Assembly: GCA_973895155.1 (NCBI GenBank)
Contig: OZ316895.1
Location: 16,658,170 to 16,722,169 of the forward strand
Direction: 5' to 3'
Source: Marsupella aquatica
Lineage: Eukaryota; Plantae; Marchantiophyta
Length of the DNA: 64,000 nucleotides
Shown: piece by piece, positions 1 through 13,488 of the stretch
Position numbering within the stretch: the stretch's first letter is position 1
Layout: each line of letters starts with the position of its first letter
Notes under the pieces: model-generated
What the model was told of the DNA's origin: nothing
Databases searched by the model: none
The model's input: the letters and a program-made list of their open reading frames with translations, nothing else
Program-made: the position numbers and the translations under genes

Positions 1-3000
1 GCCTCTAAGCTTTTAAGACATTGTCACTTCAACATTCACGATACAAAGGAAATAGTTGACAACCTCATTGGAGCTTGCAAGCTCTGTAGCACCCGCAACT
101 TCCCTGCTTTTATGAAGACATAGTCCATACTGTATACAACTTTTAAAGGAATTTTCAAAATTCAAATGTGCCTGCCCTATATGACACCTCCTTCAGCAAT
201 TCTGCCATCCAATATCTTGGGATGGTTCTCAACATTCTTTTGATCCCTCATATGTTCTTGTGTGTCTTGTGTTCTTGCCCTCTCATGATAGGGGGCATTG
301 ACCTTCCAAATATCACCTCTGGTCCACAAATGCATTAAGTCAATGTCCTCCATGCCTGACACTCTCCCTCTAAGCATATTGTGTACACATTATTTAGGGG
401 AGGCAGTGGAAACACTCACTTCTCTACCATGCGAGCTTACACACAGAGCATGTGCATTAGAAAACATGTAAATGACAGGATGTGTAAAAGTTCTTTAACA
501 TGTGTGATTTGGCAAGTACTCCTCTGAATATATTGTCAAGAATGTATTTGGTTCAAGATATAAGCATATTTAGCTTTTATATGCCTGTGTATACGCCAAG
601 GTTTACTCCAAACGCTAAATTGTTTGATGATATATAATATAATACATATGTTATACATGGATGTCAAAGTCTACACCACTTTGTATATGTTGTGGTCACA
701 CGATGCCCCATGGTATGCGAATGAGTATAGGGTCTTATTGGTTTCAAAGAACTCAAGACTTTGACAATACTTACATGGAAGAAGTGTAAGTTTCAAATTT
801 TAGAAAACCATTAGTACAATTACTTATTATAACTTTCCAAGGGTGTCAGAAAAAGTCTGACCTGTCCATTTGATGTGGGTGCCTCCAAATTGTGAGCCCC
901 TGAAAGTGTCAAGACGTGACGTGGTGCAATGTCGTACTAGACGACGTACATTTTGGTAAAGTCGTGCTGCTCAACAATAAATGAAAACCCGACGTCGTAA
1001 AATGTAGTTGTGGACTTTGATCGATGCCCAAGTGACCCTTGTGCTGACAACTATTCGTAGACACTCACACATTACCTTGAGACCTCCACGGCTGGTGTCC
1101 CTAGCAGTTGCAGAGGTGCAGGGGACACCACAAATTCAAACACCTGGGTACAAGCACTGATTACCTCCGGGATTACCTCTGGAGGGCTCTTTTGCCAACT
1201 CTGTTCCTCTCTCACTCATCATTTTGCCTTGCGCACAGGAGAAACAATCAAAGAATTATCCATCTAAAGCTCTCATTTTGCTCAGGAACTGTCATAGCTC
1301 TCCCAAGTGAGTTGTCAAGTTCAAGTGAGGATTCGTGAAAAGTGACAATAATTCAAACTCAAAAAATAGTGAACCTAAATTGAGTAATTTCTCTAGAACT
1401 CAAGCTTCCATGGATTGCAATGGGTGACAAGTTCAGAAGAAATCTTGTACCAATAATTTTGAAATGTAACTTTTACTTTGACATACCTTTATCAAACTGC
1501 TTGGTCCATTCAAACATTGTGGTCCATCCTAGGGTCCATCTCCCAATCCAGTGAAGTAGTGTACTAGGGTAACCATCCGCTTGAAGGGGTCATGGAACTA
1601 ATACGTACCGTGCAGAGCCCCAGTATTTTGAGTTTGTGTATGACTAACAAAATCTATATGACTAATTGCAATAAGAGGCTAGAGTGGGGTCTAGGCTTCT
1701 GACTAGAGTGAAACCGCTAGACTCGTGCCCCACCAAAATTTACATGGATGGAAAAAGGCATAGGACATTATGTAAGTCAAAATGATGATGATGATTTTTG
1801 TCGTCATTCTATTATATTCAAAGAATGGGCATTCAGGCTCTTATCACTAAAACTCTTTGTGTAACCCATGTTTGAATCCATGATTCTCACCCCTATTAAT
1901 GATCTCCATATCCTTGATCTCATTGTCAAGGATAAACCTTACACTAGACATAAGGCTTCTGCACATGCTAACATCCTTATCCGTTTACTAGAAATGCAGC
2001 TTGGCAATAAGCTCTCCATGCCCCCTAGTTTGTTTGGCAAAATTAAAACAGAAATGCAAAAGGACTATTAGAAAAACCTAATCAAAATTCAAGTCAAAAC
2101 AGACGATTATACTTGTTAGATATTGCTCTAGTCTTGTGACTCATGAGCTAACTACAGTTAGGCTAACTCGGGTTAGAACTTAGCTATTGTTAGTGCTAGT
2201 GCTGTTGTGTATATAGCCAGGGCTGATGCCAGACCCTGGTGAAACTTAGGCTCATTGTTACGGAGCTAGTTGAGAGATAGGGAGAGCTTGTGCTGTGGAT
2301 GCTTGGTATGGCCGGTCGGCCTAGAGTGCAGTAAAGCTCTTGTGTGTTCCCGTGGACATAGCCTCATGTGGAGGTGAACCACGTATCTCTCTGTGTCGAC
2401 TATTGTGCGTTGGATGGTTCATGGGCTTGCCGTTAGGAATGTCGTCTATGCTCAACAATACTCCCATAAACAGTCTCAATCTCATACTTGAGGGAGTAAT
2501 GTCAATTGCTTCCAATGCCCCAGTTACTATGGATTTGGTACCCGGGTAAGGTTGATGCTAAGTACAACATCTAGGCGCAAACATGAGACTTCAGGAGGAA
2601 GCTTCATTGTGAGAAAGCTAGCTTCAACACAAAATTTCTTCCCAAAGGACATTCATTGATGAATATCGAGAGCTTGAACGTTTTGTGACATTGTGGTTTT
2701 GGGTCCAAGCTCGAGCCTTTTGCACTTGCACATCCTGGCTCTGCTTTGATTGTTGGGGTGTTTTGAATCAATGAATGAATGATTCAATTAATGCAGTTTC
2801 ATGTCTGTTAGGGCTTAGGGTTTAATGGGCTGACAGAAATAGCTAAGGAAATCTGTCCTAACTTCTCATTGAGGGTTGTGGTCCTGTGATCACTTCCTTC
2901 TTGCCGTGTTTGTCAAGGGCTTGCTTGAATCCTCTTAGGGGAGTGCGCTACTCGTCTCTTTCTCTACAAAGATCTACTTTATCATGTTTCCTTCAGTCCT

Positions 3001-3561
3001 CATGAGCTGTTGGTTCCTTCACACGTCCATTTGGTTCATGGTATGAGAAGTTCTTCTTGGAAACTTATATGAGGAAAGGGGATAAGTCCTTATCATTGGA
3101 ATGAATGTCACAATGAAAATTCATTTCAACTTAGTAACTCTCTACTCCATGCTTTTGAGCATCCACTTCATGTACGTCCATCCAGGCAGACTGATCCATG
3201 CAGTGATCAATGACACTAGTGAACTAGTTGTCTCAATGCCCATTTCAATTTGCATGAAGAATATTTTGCAGCTTACTTTAAGGTTGCTTGGTTTGAAAGA
3301 CCTGATACAAAGTGAAAGAAATTTCCTAAAACAAACTCTTTAATCTAGCTAGATGATGCCACTGTACATAAGTATGATGTGGTGATAGACCCTAGTTGTG
3401 TTCCAAGTGGAATGGGGACCCAACTTCAGACTCGTGCTGTCATGGGCCAGATAAGGAGGCAAATTAGTTTCGCTTCACCAAGGTCAAGGAAATGGCTACA
3501 TGATTATGCTGTGTGCATGTTGCCAGTAATTCATGCCACTTGAGGTGAACTAGATACTACT

Positions 3562-3925
3562 TTTGTGTTTACATTGTACAGCTTTTAACTACATTGTTAC
3601 TAAATATGTCCCAATTCATAATACTACCATTGTTTTTATTATGTATAAATATGCTATGTTTTTGTATTTGGTTACATTATTGAACTTGTGGTCAATGTCA
3701 CTAATAATGTTTGTTGCCCCAGGCCTCCTCCTTCAATTGAAGCTTTGTGTTTACATTGTACAGCTTTTAACTACATTGTTACTAAATATGTCCCAATTCA
3801 TAATACTACCATTGTTTTTATTATGTATAAATATGCCGTGTTTTTGTATTTGGTTACATTATTGAACTTGTGGTCAATGTCACTAATAATGTTTGTTGCC
3901 CCAGGCCTCCTCCTTCAATTGAAGC
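3562..3925 (+). repeat. Near-perfect direct tandem duplication, 2 x 182 bp
   Basis: tttgtgtttacattgtacagc...cttcaattgaagc occurs at 3562-3743 and again at 3744-3925. Only about 2 substitutions seen (gctatg vs gccgtg). Confidence 0.95.
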
Positions 3926-4940
3926 ATTTTGGGTGCGATTAATGGATTAATCCCCAAAATCCAAGCTCGTATGGATCTTATTTGGTCGGGATTGCCGTTC
4001 ATTCTGTCGGACATTTCAAATGATTATTTCATGAAATTTGTAAGTGTGAAATTTACAGTGTTTTTCCCTCCTGTCAATCTTTTGTGCTTGTAATTTGTAT
4101 GTATCTTTTTATACTCCTTTGCAGAATAAAAGTGAACCACCACTCTCTTCTGATGAGTAGTTGTGTGGATGTAGAACCTTCAATCCTAGTACCCCAACGT
4201 CGAAAGGAGCAGTAAATAGCAATTTTCAGTATACTAGTGGCACAAAGTTTCCCTACAGCTTAGCAGCAGTAAATAGCGATTTTCTGGATACTAGTTTCTT
4301 GCAGCTTAGCAGTAGAAAATAGCAATTCTCTGGTTCCTAGCGGCCCAAAGTTTTCCTACAGATTTACGGTTGGCAAAAAGCCACTTAGAACAATGAGAGT
4401 TAGTCGATGAGATACCACACGCCAAGTTTTGGAAATCTTCACTCAATCATGAAATTAATCAATAATACAAAGCCAGACTGGACAGCTCTGTCCACAACAT
4501 TGGCTCCATCATGTGTCTTCTTTAGAAGTTTTACTCCTTTTGGCCCACGAGACCAACTTTGGACAACAATTTCAAACATCTACTCTCATTAGAAGCTCAA
4601 ATCTGTCCAGTCATATAATCAGTGAGAGCACTGCAAATCAGTTGCAATGGCTCTCTTATTAAAGCCAACTACCAATCCTTTCCTCCTGCACCTCGTTCGA
4701 TGCAAACAATGCTTCTACAACTGAGCCAATCTTTGAAATAAACACTTCCACGACATGAAAGGGGGCCTGTATCGATGAACGCACCAGAAGTAGAGCCTCG
4801 ATACAAAAACACCCTGTACATGACTCAGAGTACTTGATTTCGGAATAAATGGCAAGTCGTTTCTATGCAACAATGGTTGCACTCTCTTGAATACATAATA
4901 TACACAAGTAAATTTCTGCGGCTGAAGGAAACACTCTGCA

Positions 4941-6728
4941 TCAATTTGCAGTATGCTGCTTGCACTTGTTCAGACCAAAATGCCCTTCACCCCTGCGCAC
5001 CATTTTGTTGCAGACGCCACAGTAATGATTTTGACAAATCCAGCAAAAAATATGGTTGTTTCCTCCGTGCTTGTAGTTTACGTGCTTGCAATTCGGACAA
5101 GGCCGTGGTCCACCAACGTCCCACGCCCTGCGGGGGTTCTGGGGCACCAGCCGCTGCTCCTGCAACTCCCGAAGCTGTAAATTGAATTGGACCTCCCAAC
5201 GATTGATTTCAATCTGGTCCAAGAGCACACACGAAGCATTGTCCCGAAAATGGGAATAACTGGTAATGTTTTGCCCGCATTGGAAGCAGAAGTAACTCCC
5301 ACAATTGATGCAGGTCATCTTGTTGCAACCCTCACTCTTCTGCACCGCCATTTTGCAAGTAGGGCATTGCTTAGCCTCTTTCTGGATGTAACTCATGTTC
5401 AAGCACTCGTTTATGAGCTCCCTCTCCTGCTTCTCCGTCTCCTCTCCCGTCGCCCTTCCCTGTCGCCGCGCCTGGAGAATCCGGAGCTTCGCTTCCGGAG
5501 TCATGCAGTTCTGCCCGGGATGCCAATTCGCCAGGCACAGGCTGCAAAAGCTGAACCGGCACTTGCTGCACTGTACGAGATGGTCAGGGTCTTCAATGGA
5601 AGGAGTTCTACATTTGGGGCAGTAAACTACATCTGGCATTGAATCTAATGTTTTCTGTAACAAGAGCTCCTGCCATCTCTCCAATGCTTCCTTGTCGAGA
5701 AGCTCCTGAAGAATTGCTGGGGGCACGGACTCCTTGCACGAGCTATCCGGGCAAGTCAGGCTCATGACGGTGCCCTCCTTCACGTGAATGTTGCAATACT
5801 GCTGCATGCAGCCCTTGCAGAAATGGTGCTGACATGGGAGTCTAGAGAAGCCAAAACCAGGGAATTCGGAGAAACAGATACAGCAAGATTGCACAGATTC
5901 CAAAAAATTCTTGTTCTTGACCTCCTCGTTGTACCGAAGCACGCGGAAGATATCCACATCGAATGACTCCGATCCTGAAACAGCACGCTTATCGAACCCT
6001 GACCCCTCTTCAGTGCTCCTCTCATCACTCCCCAACTGAAGCTTTTCAGATGCCCCCACATGGTGCAGCGTCTCTGATCGCAGCCATTCCGACCATGTGT
6101 AGACCACGACTTCTGGAGCTGTTTCGGCCCAGACGGTGTCGAGGGAAGTGCAGAGGGAAGACAGCCCCTTGGAGCTCAGCCACAAACACGTGAGTTCGAA
6201 CAGAGGTGCCGAGTGCGATGGATATGTCGGAGGGAAGACACAGAGGAGAGAGATCGGAGGAAGGGCTTGGACAATAAATGAATTGTCCTCGTCGTCGTTG
6301 CGTGGGCTCCCCGAGGGACCATTGCATCCAAGTGATTGAGATGCCTCTGCCACAACTTTGATGCCGTCTGGGATCTCCAGGTGCACATTAATCATAAAAG
6401 CCGTAGGACAAGCACCGCCTTCGTCAATAGACACATAATCAGTCCCGTAGATTGACTCCAAAACTAGTGCCTCGTCTTCCTGTTGCTGTCTGTTGCTTTC
6501 CAATTCCACTTGAGATAACAGAGAAGCGTCGATAAGTGTTGCTTTCTTCTGGAGGTTCTTCACTCCTACCTCCTCCTCCTCCACCTCGTCGACCTCCTTC
6601 TCGCCAACCCTAAGCTTGAATCCATCCCCAGCGCCCGACTTTCCCATCACAATATGGGAAGGACTTATGGGAACTTCTTGAGGATCGTTCTTTAGAGTCC
6701 TCGCTAAAGATGTCGGATCTTCTCGCAT
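4941..6728 (-). CDS. RWD-RBR (RING-IBR-RING) E3 ubiquitin ligase, RNF14/ARA54-like
   Basis: 595-aa ORF with RWD domain (QQEDEALVLESIYG...LPPISLLCVFPPTYPS), RING1 (CCICFSE...CQHHFCKGC...CPDSSC), IBR (CPKC...CSKCRFSFCSLCLANWH), RING2 (CPTCKMAVQKSEGCNKMTCINCGSYFCFQC) and an extra C-terminal Cys/His cluster. Single coding exon; UTR exons probably lie upstream, up to about 8500. Confidence 0.95.
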   Translation of the reverse strand: MREDPTSLARTLKNDPQEVPISPSHIVMGKSGAGDGFKLRVGEKEVDEVEEEEVGVKNLQKKATLIDASLLSQVELESNRQQQEDEALVLESIYGTDYVSIDEGGACPTAFMINVHLEIPDGIKVVAEASQSLGCNGPSGSPRNDDEDNSFIVQALPPISLLCVFPPTYPSHSAPLFELTCLWLSSKGLSSLCTSLDTVWAETAPEVVVYTWSEWLRSETLHHVGASEKLQLGSDERSTEEGSGFDKRAVSGSESFDVDIFRVLRYNEEVKNKNFLESVQSCCICFSEFPGFGFSRLPCQHHFCKGCMQQYCNIHVKEGTVMSLTCPDSSCKESVPPAILQELLDKEALERWQELLLQKTLDSMPDVVYCPKCRTPSIEDPDHLVQCSKCRFSFCSLCLANWHPGQNCMTPEAKLRILQARRQGRATGEETEKQERELINECLNMSYIQKEAKQCPTCKMAVQKSEGCNKMTCINCGSYFCFQCGQNITSYSHFRDNASCVLLDQIEINRWEVQFNLQLRELQEQRLVPQNPRRAWDVGGPRPCPNCKHVNYKHGGNNHIFCWICQNHYCGVCNKMVRRGEGHFGLNKCKQHTAN

Positions 6729-9700
6729 CCCTTTGACTTAAACTACATGTAAAATTGCCACTGATCAAGGCGTCCTCTTCATTACAAAATTCCTCTTCCA
6801 CAGACTTTTGGGAAGACTGGCCGAGTCTGTCACGTCATGAACTGCTGATCACAGAGATTCAGGATATAAAACGTATCTCGTTAGAGCAGTTGGCGATCCA
6901 TGCCGAGTATCTGCGTACGACGACTAAATGCTGGTAACAAGGCTCTCCGCAATCGACTAAGCTCTTAGCTCATATGAGTTTTACTAAAGCGTGACAGAAC
7001 CACTTCGAGTTAAATGACAGCAACATCACAACATTAAATTACGCTTCAATGAATAGAGATCGGCCTCAAATCGAATATTCACTGTGTGCAGATGATCCAC
7101 GGTAAAACTGCTCACTTGAAACTCAGCGATTTACTCCGTCTGTTGGACAACTACTCACGCACCGGGCTAGCTCTTTCTCCGGTCCATTATCGCCGCATAT
7201 CTTCTGGTCGACAGCTATCCTACCGAATTGCCATCCACCTGGAATTCAAGACAAGCCCAAAAACGATTTCCAGTTTAAATAAATCGATTCCGATTGTCAG
7301 TTCAGAAATCACACCCACCCAGAATTCATAAGGTCGCCCAATCTTAGGCCAACAACCCCACCAATTCACCGCAAGGTGAGCATCGTTTGACTTAAAAGTC
7401 ACCGAACTCGATAGATCATAAATCCTAAACCCTCAGAAAAGGGCAGCATCGCTCAACAGCCGGTACAGTAGACTGGAGTGGCTGACTGTGTGACGAAATA
7501 TGTTGCGCCAGCTTAAATCACATGGAAGAATTTATCAACGACAATGACTGACTGATCATCGCTCGGAAAAAAAGAGTCTCGACATAGCTTCTGCAAGTGA
7601 CATTTTGGGAACAGTCCGTGGATATCTGTCACTACGCCACTGTGACGACATATCTGATCAACTGTGCAACTTTCTCCAGCTGAACTTGGTTCTGAGCTCA
7701 TCCAAACATCCGCTTTGGAAACAGGCTCCAAATCAATTCCGAAATCAGCTCCAGAAGAAATGTTTCATAACTACCTCCTGCCTGTCACCGATTTCGTCTT
7801 CTACCCTGGAGGCCGAAAACCCACACTGTACGCATACCATCTAACTCGATCAGTGTTTTACCGATTGAACAGATCCCAATCATCGGATAGTGTCAGATGT
7901 CTAATTGGACACAAGTGCGAGTCTGTGATGCTCCAACCTTCAATCCTGTCCACGCTCATCGAGAAGAGGAAAGCGGCAACGCCTCGAAAGGGAATTATCA
8001 TGCTAACGAACATTACAAGGTCTCTAGTTGGCAGGCAACCTGCTTCCATGTTGCAACAATTCAATTTCTAGGTTCTTCGGAGTGAGAGACTCAGGTTCGA
8101 CATCTAAGTCGGCATTTAGGTCAACGAAATAAAAAAAGTGCTTTGTTCGAAATCTCACAAATCACAGGAACTCGTGAAGAACTGAAAAACTGAACGAAGT
8201 TTTCAACGGCGACCCAATTGAAGGAACTCGTGAATGAAACAAATTCATAACGACCACAATCTACTCTTCGATCGGACGATTCTCACAGGTTTGCGTTTAC
8301 CTTCAGCAGCTGGAGATGGCCGTGCAGCTCTTTCATGTCAAAGCCGAACACATGGATTGCTAAAAATCCCCGAACAGTACAGCAGGATTCGAGCGCTTCA
8401 GCTTCAGCACCGATACGAGGTAGTAAATTAGAAATTGATCAGCTCATCAACAGCCTTGAAGCACAACTCGCTGCTCTTCCCCAGTGTCCAATTTGTCTTT
8501 GGGCTGAAGGAATCCGAAAGAAGGAATCATACGGAAGTGAATCATACGGAAAGAATCTAGGCCAAGCGATCAAGACAGTCAAAATTAAAGCCCCGATGGA
8601 CCTCTAGGTTTGCCACAATTCTTGGATATACCTTTCTAACCCAGATAGATCACAGAAAAAACCTTTTGTTTGCTCATATAGTATAGATTAGAGACCCAAT
8701 CAAGGGGAGCCACGGAGCCCTAAGGAACTCAGCCCAGCAAAAGCCAGAAAATTGGTAGGTGTCTCACTTGTCAACGTAGGTATGATTAGCTACTGTAGTT
8801 GGAATGTTTCTCAAATCCTAACTAACCCCCAAAATGGTATTCAATTGGATATTGAGGGAGACAGTGAATGTCAAAGTTAGCTTTAGGTGCTCAAAAACTT
8901 TTTGCAAGGGTAAAATGTGGGCAGCTGGAATCACCTTTAGAAATTCATTTCTGTCAAGTTTTCATCAAAATCTGAAAAAAAATTCAATGGGGCTTCTAAC
9001 TAGCCCAAGATGAACCGTCAACAGAGATATTGAAATTTTGTTCTTTGAAATGTTTTTGGAAACAAAAGGCAAGTCAAAAAGTATAAATTGAAAGTGTCAA
9101 TCTCCATGGGAGTTGCATGGTTCACGAGCTCAGTCTACGGGAGCATCATTCCATGCCAGTGAGTTTTGATAAGCTGTTAGGGGTTTATTTATTTATTTAT
9201 GTTTCTTTTAACAGCATACTTTGTGGAAGTTGAAGCTCAGATGGACACAACCGGCTGTAGGGCTCTTTGATGTCAAAGACTGTCACATTGGTTTGACACA
9301 CTCAAAACTGTGATGGACTCGAGGAAACATCAAAATTACTTGTATAGCATGTTTGTCATTATGTATGCACTGATAAGTGTTTACATCAATATACTTAGAA
9401 AATTCCTAAAATTTTACATCACAATATCCTTTGGAGGTTATATTTTGACCTACGTTTCTGTCATCCCATGTGAGCTTGTAGAGGCCCTTTGTCATCACCA
9501 GAAGAGCGTTGTTTGCCATCTGAGTTTCCCAAAGAAGACCTTAGCTTCGTGCTGGCCCCCAAAATGTGCCATTTTACTGAAACTTGCCCCCCACATTAGT
9601 ATTCCACAAAATTCAGCCTTATTTTGCATTCCAAATTTTATATTTTCATCCAAAATTTAGATAGGATCTTGGAAATGTATGGCCTATAGAGCTACGGAGC

Positions 9701-10444
9701 CAGTCCTACATTGAGCATTTCATGGTCACATACCAAACATCAAATTGTCAAAACAAATATACCAGACTGCCAAAGAACAAAAAATGCAAAACCCAACAGG
9801 ATCCCAATGGCAAGAGACCCAAGTCGAAAAATACAAGAAAAACCACAAAATGTCAAAATGGTGGTTCATCAATGGCAAGAGACTCACGAGAGTGGAGGAG
9901 CTATTATTATTATTCTAACCGGCACCACCGTCGCGAAATGCCCGTCTGTAGCACAGTTCCCGGTCACCATTCAGATGTAACGTCGATCTCGTCGAGATCC
10001 AGGGCTCAGATCAGATTGATCTTTGAGGAACTGCCGATTGCCGGTAACGAACGGGCCCCTGGTGACCGGGAACAGAGCGCGAGGAACATTCATTTGAGGA
10101 GAGAGAAGAAAGAGAGCGAAAAAGAAGAAGACTGAAATGGAGCGAGGGAGCGAGGAGCGAGGTCGATCGACGATATGGACTCGACCGAACGAAGAAAAAA
10201 TCACAAGCTCTAATTTCAATTTCAATTTCAATTTCCGAGCGGAAGAAGAAGAACAGCCAGAGAAAGTAAATTGAAGAAAGACTGAATCGGAGAGTGTGAA
10301 ATCGAACAGAACAACAACGAGAAATGAGAAAGAAATGGGGAATGAGAATGAAGGCAGAGTAATCTAAACTCTTGAGGAATTGCTGTGCTGTGAGTTGTGA
10401 GGAGGAGGAGGGGGGGGGGGTGAGGAGATTGCAACCTGGAGGTG

Positions 10445-10776
10445 ATGGAGTCGATGGAGGACGAGGATGAGGTGAGGTTGTTTGTGTGGAGGATGTAGGA
10501 GTGTTGAATGAAAGAGAAGGTGGGAATTGTTCTCGGCTTGGCTTCGTTTGCTAACCGCTTTTGAGAGGAGACAGGATTACGGTTGGAGGATCTTGGCGAG
10601 GGGGAATGATGCTGCTGCAAAACGAGAGGGAAGCAGGTAGGCGGAGGGGCGGAGCGGACAGACAGGCAAGCGAGGTAGGTCTTGATGTCATTCCTGCAGG
10701 AGAGAGAGGAAAAGTTTATGATGAGGGAGTCGAGGGGAGGAGCAGCAAGAGGAGGAGTTGGAGAAGCAGGAGGTAG
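10445..10776 (+). promoter_or_regulatory. Three consecutive uORFs in the GA-rich leader of the trihelix gene
   Basis: ATG-initiated ORFs 10445-10498 (MESMEDEDEVRLFVWRM*), 10508-10564 (MKEKVGIVLGLASFANRF*) and 10606-10776 (MMLLQNERE...RSRR*) lie just upstream of the main ATG at 10831/10864. The transcription start site is unknown. Confidence 0.5.
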
Positions 10777-10830
10777 GGTTTGCTCTTGACTTCACGGAAG
10801 ACTGTAATTAATCGGAGGCGTTGTGCTGCA

Positions 10831-13488
10831 ATGACTGGCGTTTGTTTGAGAGAGGCAGACACGATGATAGGCGAGGGTCTGGCGGTGATGGCCCCGCTGC
10901 CGCTGCAGAGTTCTCCCTCTGTAGTAGGTCATCCACTTCTGGTAATTTTTTTATTCTCGACGCCGTTGGTCTGGTCTAGTTTGCTTTCTTGGAAGGAGGG
11001 AGAAGGAAATCGAGTTGGCGAGATGTTTCCGGGTCGCGTACTCTGCGTTTGTTGATCTTTCTAGGCGATTAATAATATCAAGACAGATTGATTGATCTAG
11101 ATGATTGATGCTCGTAAAAGGAGACGAAGGAACGAGTGAAATGTAAATTGCTGCTTGGGAGTTGTGTTGAATGGATCAAGCAGAGAAAAAGCTCCGAGCC
11201 AATTAGTCAACTTTGAGGCTCGTGTGCTTCTTATGATCCTGTTCATTCGAGTGACGAAGGGAGATATTGCAAGGGGAGAATCTATCTTGCCAATTCTGCA
11301 CACTTTTAGTGTGAACGAGGCGCCCGCCTCATTTCGAGACCAGTCCCTCCTGATAACGGTCGAGCGGAAAGGAAGAAAGTGTGAACTCTCTCCTCCTCGA
11401 GCTCCTCACTGGCACAAATTGATCCAAGTTGGGGACACTCCCTCCCCTCTCTCCCTCCCCTCTCTCCCTCCCCTGTCGTACAAGAAGGTTCATCTAGTCT
11501 GTTCACAGAGAATTCGATCGGCTTTCCTTCCATCCGTGTGTTGCAAACATTCTTTCTCAGGGTGCTCCCGTTACTGTAATTACCACACGGCTTCCCGCAT
11601 TTCTCATGTCCTCGAATTAAGCGGTCTGGTTGCCCTCCCGTAGATCCTTTCACCCTGCGAGTTTTTGTTTCCCGACTAGTTTTGAAAATCTGATTAAGTA
11701 TCGGCTCCCCTGTGTCATTCCATCTGTCTCGCGTTGCCTCAGCAGGTGACTACTGGTGAGATTGCGGCAGTTACCCCAGGGCGTGGGCGTAGGAAGGAGG
11801 ACCGGATTCCGCAGTGGGGCTACCACGAGACCAAGGAATTCATAGCCATTCGGGCGGAGCTCGAGAAAGATTTCACCCAGACCAAGCGGAATAAGACACT
11901 ATGGGAATTGATCGCTGGCAAGATGAAGGAGAAAGGGTTCCGGCGGAGTGCAGACCAGTGCAAATGCAAGTGGAAGAATTTGGTGAATCGCTATAAGGTC
12001 TGAACCATGTCTCTATTTATTTCTCCTTGCCATTATTTTTAATGCACCCTCTTTTTACTTCTGTTAAACAACGATTCTTGGGACACTAATTTGATGAAGT
12101 CTCCAGGGCAAGGCATAAGCATTACTTTCCGGTACTACAGTTCTTTCAAAGACCCTCAATTCATCACACTTTCACAGGACTACATTCCTAACAAGGTGGG
12201 CGGCAAACGTTTGGGAGAGCCTTTCTGCAGCTGCGATTTATTGCCTTACTGCAACTACAGTTTATTGCCTTCAGATTGACTAACCGAAGCCAAGATCAAT
12301 TCACAATCGGCACTGTGGACAGTCCACCTCCTTAAAGACACATAGCTGAACAGTTTAGTTGAGTATTATAGTTGTGCCCGGCAGATTTCGCCAATCGGTG
12401 GCAAAAAAATCCGGATGATATCGCAGCCAAGGCAGTTGAATTTCGGAGCGCAGCTGCATTTTAGAAGTGAATAGATTGGTAGGTGTCTCGATATGAATGA
12501 ATGTTGAGTTAGAATGAATGGATGGAGTCAGATTGTAGCGTCATTTGATTGTTCTCTCTCCTTGCGTTATTTTCTAGGGTTTTGATGAGGCGTCCGACTT
12601 CTCTCCAGTCTCCCAGTTGTCAGCACGCGTTGATGATGAACTGGCGAGTGGACCTTGTGTCATCGTGAGTATTTTCAAAGGCGATGACCACGACACATAA
12701 TTGACGTCCTTGACTGACATTAGTTGTCTCTATATGACACGAAATCAATGAATTGATAACTCATGTCTTCTGTTGTTGCGTCTCTTCCGTCCTTGGATGG
12801 CCAGGTTTCGCTCCTTCCTGCCTGCCTCTCTTGCGCTGAAGAATCTAGAACATCGTCGTCAATCTATCACAATGATTCTCATGGGTCGTCTCTTTTTCTA
12901 CGGCAGGGCAAGGAGACCTCTGAAGTGGACAACGGGCGGCAGTGCGCATTCTTTGAAGAGCTAGACGCCATTTTCAAAGAACGGGCCAAGAACATGGATA
13001 GGCTCCTGCTGGAGTCTGAGTCCGGGTCCAGGCCCAACAAGAAGAAGGCCAAGCGGGTCAAGCGAGTCCTGGGCGGGGTGAAATCCTCGGAGGATGACAC
13101 CGAGGACGACGAGGATGAGGAGGCGGAGAGCGAAGACGAGCGTATGGTAAGAAGGAAGAAGAGGAAGGCGGACAAGGAGAGGCAGCGGGTCACAGCCGAG
13201 AAGTATCGCGCCAACAGCATGCAAGAAGTGTTGGAGGATTTCTTCCAGCAACAGCAGCGGCTCGAAGAGCAGTGGCGAGATGCTATGAACAGACGCGAGC
13301 AGGAAAGACGACTGAGGGAGCAGGAGTGGCGAGACGCCATGGAGAAGCTCGAGCAGGAGCGGATCACGAGAGAGCAGGCCTGGCGGGAACGGGAGGAGCA
13401 GAGGCGGGCGAGAGAGGAAGCTCGCGCCGAGAAACGCGACAACCTTTTCGCTGCTCTCATCAACAAACTGGCTCAAGAAGATGCTTAA
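10831..13488 (+). CDS. Trihelix transcription factor, GT-1 clade (GT-3b-like)
   Basis: Exons 10831 (or 10864)-10941, 11743/11746-11997 and 12907-13488 join in frame at GT-AG sites. Trihelix motif PQWGYHETKEFIAIRAELEKDF...LWELIAGKMKEKGFRRSADQCKCKWKNLVNRYKG...CAFFEELDAIF, followed by a C-terminal coiled coil (EQWRDAM...RREQERRLREQEWR). Confidence 0.93.

Noticed and set aside
1-3545. Patches of coding-like sequence (177-377 minus; about 3170-3540 plus), possibly a decayed transposon
   Set aside because: Multiple stops, no recognisable domain, and no termini I could define.
3563-3942. Hydrophobic ORFs of 100 and 84 aa
   Set aside because: Artefacts of an AT-rich 182-bp tandem duplication.
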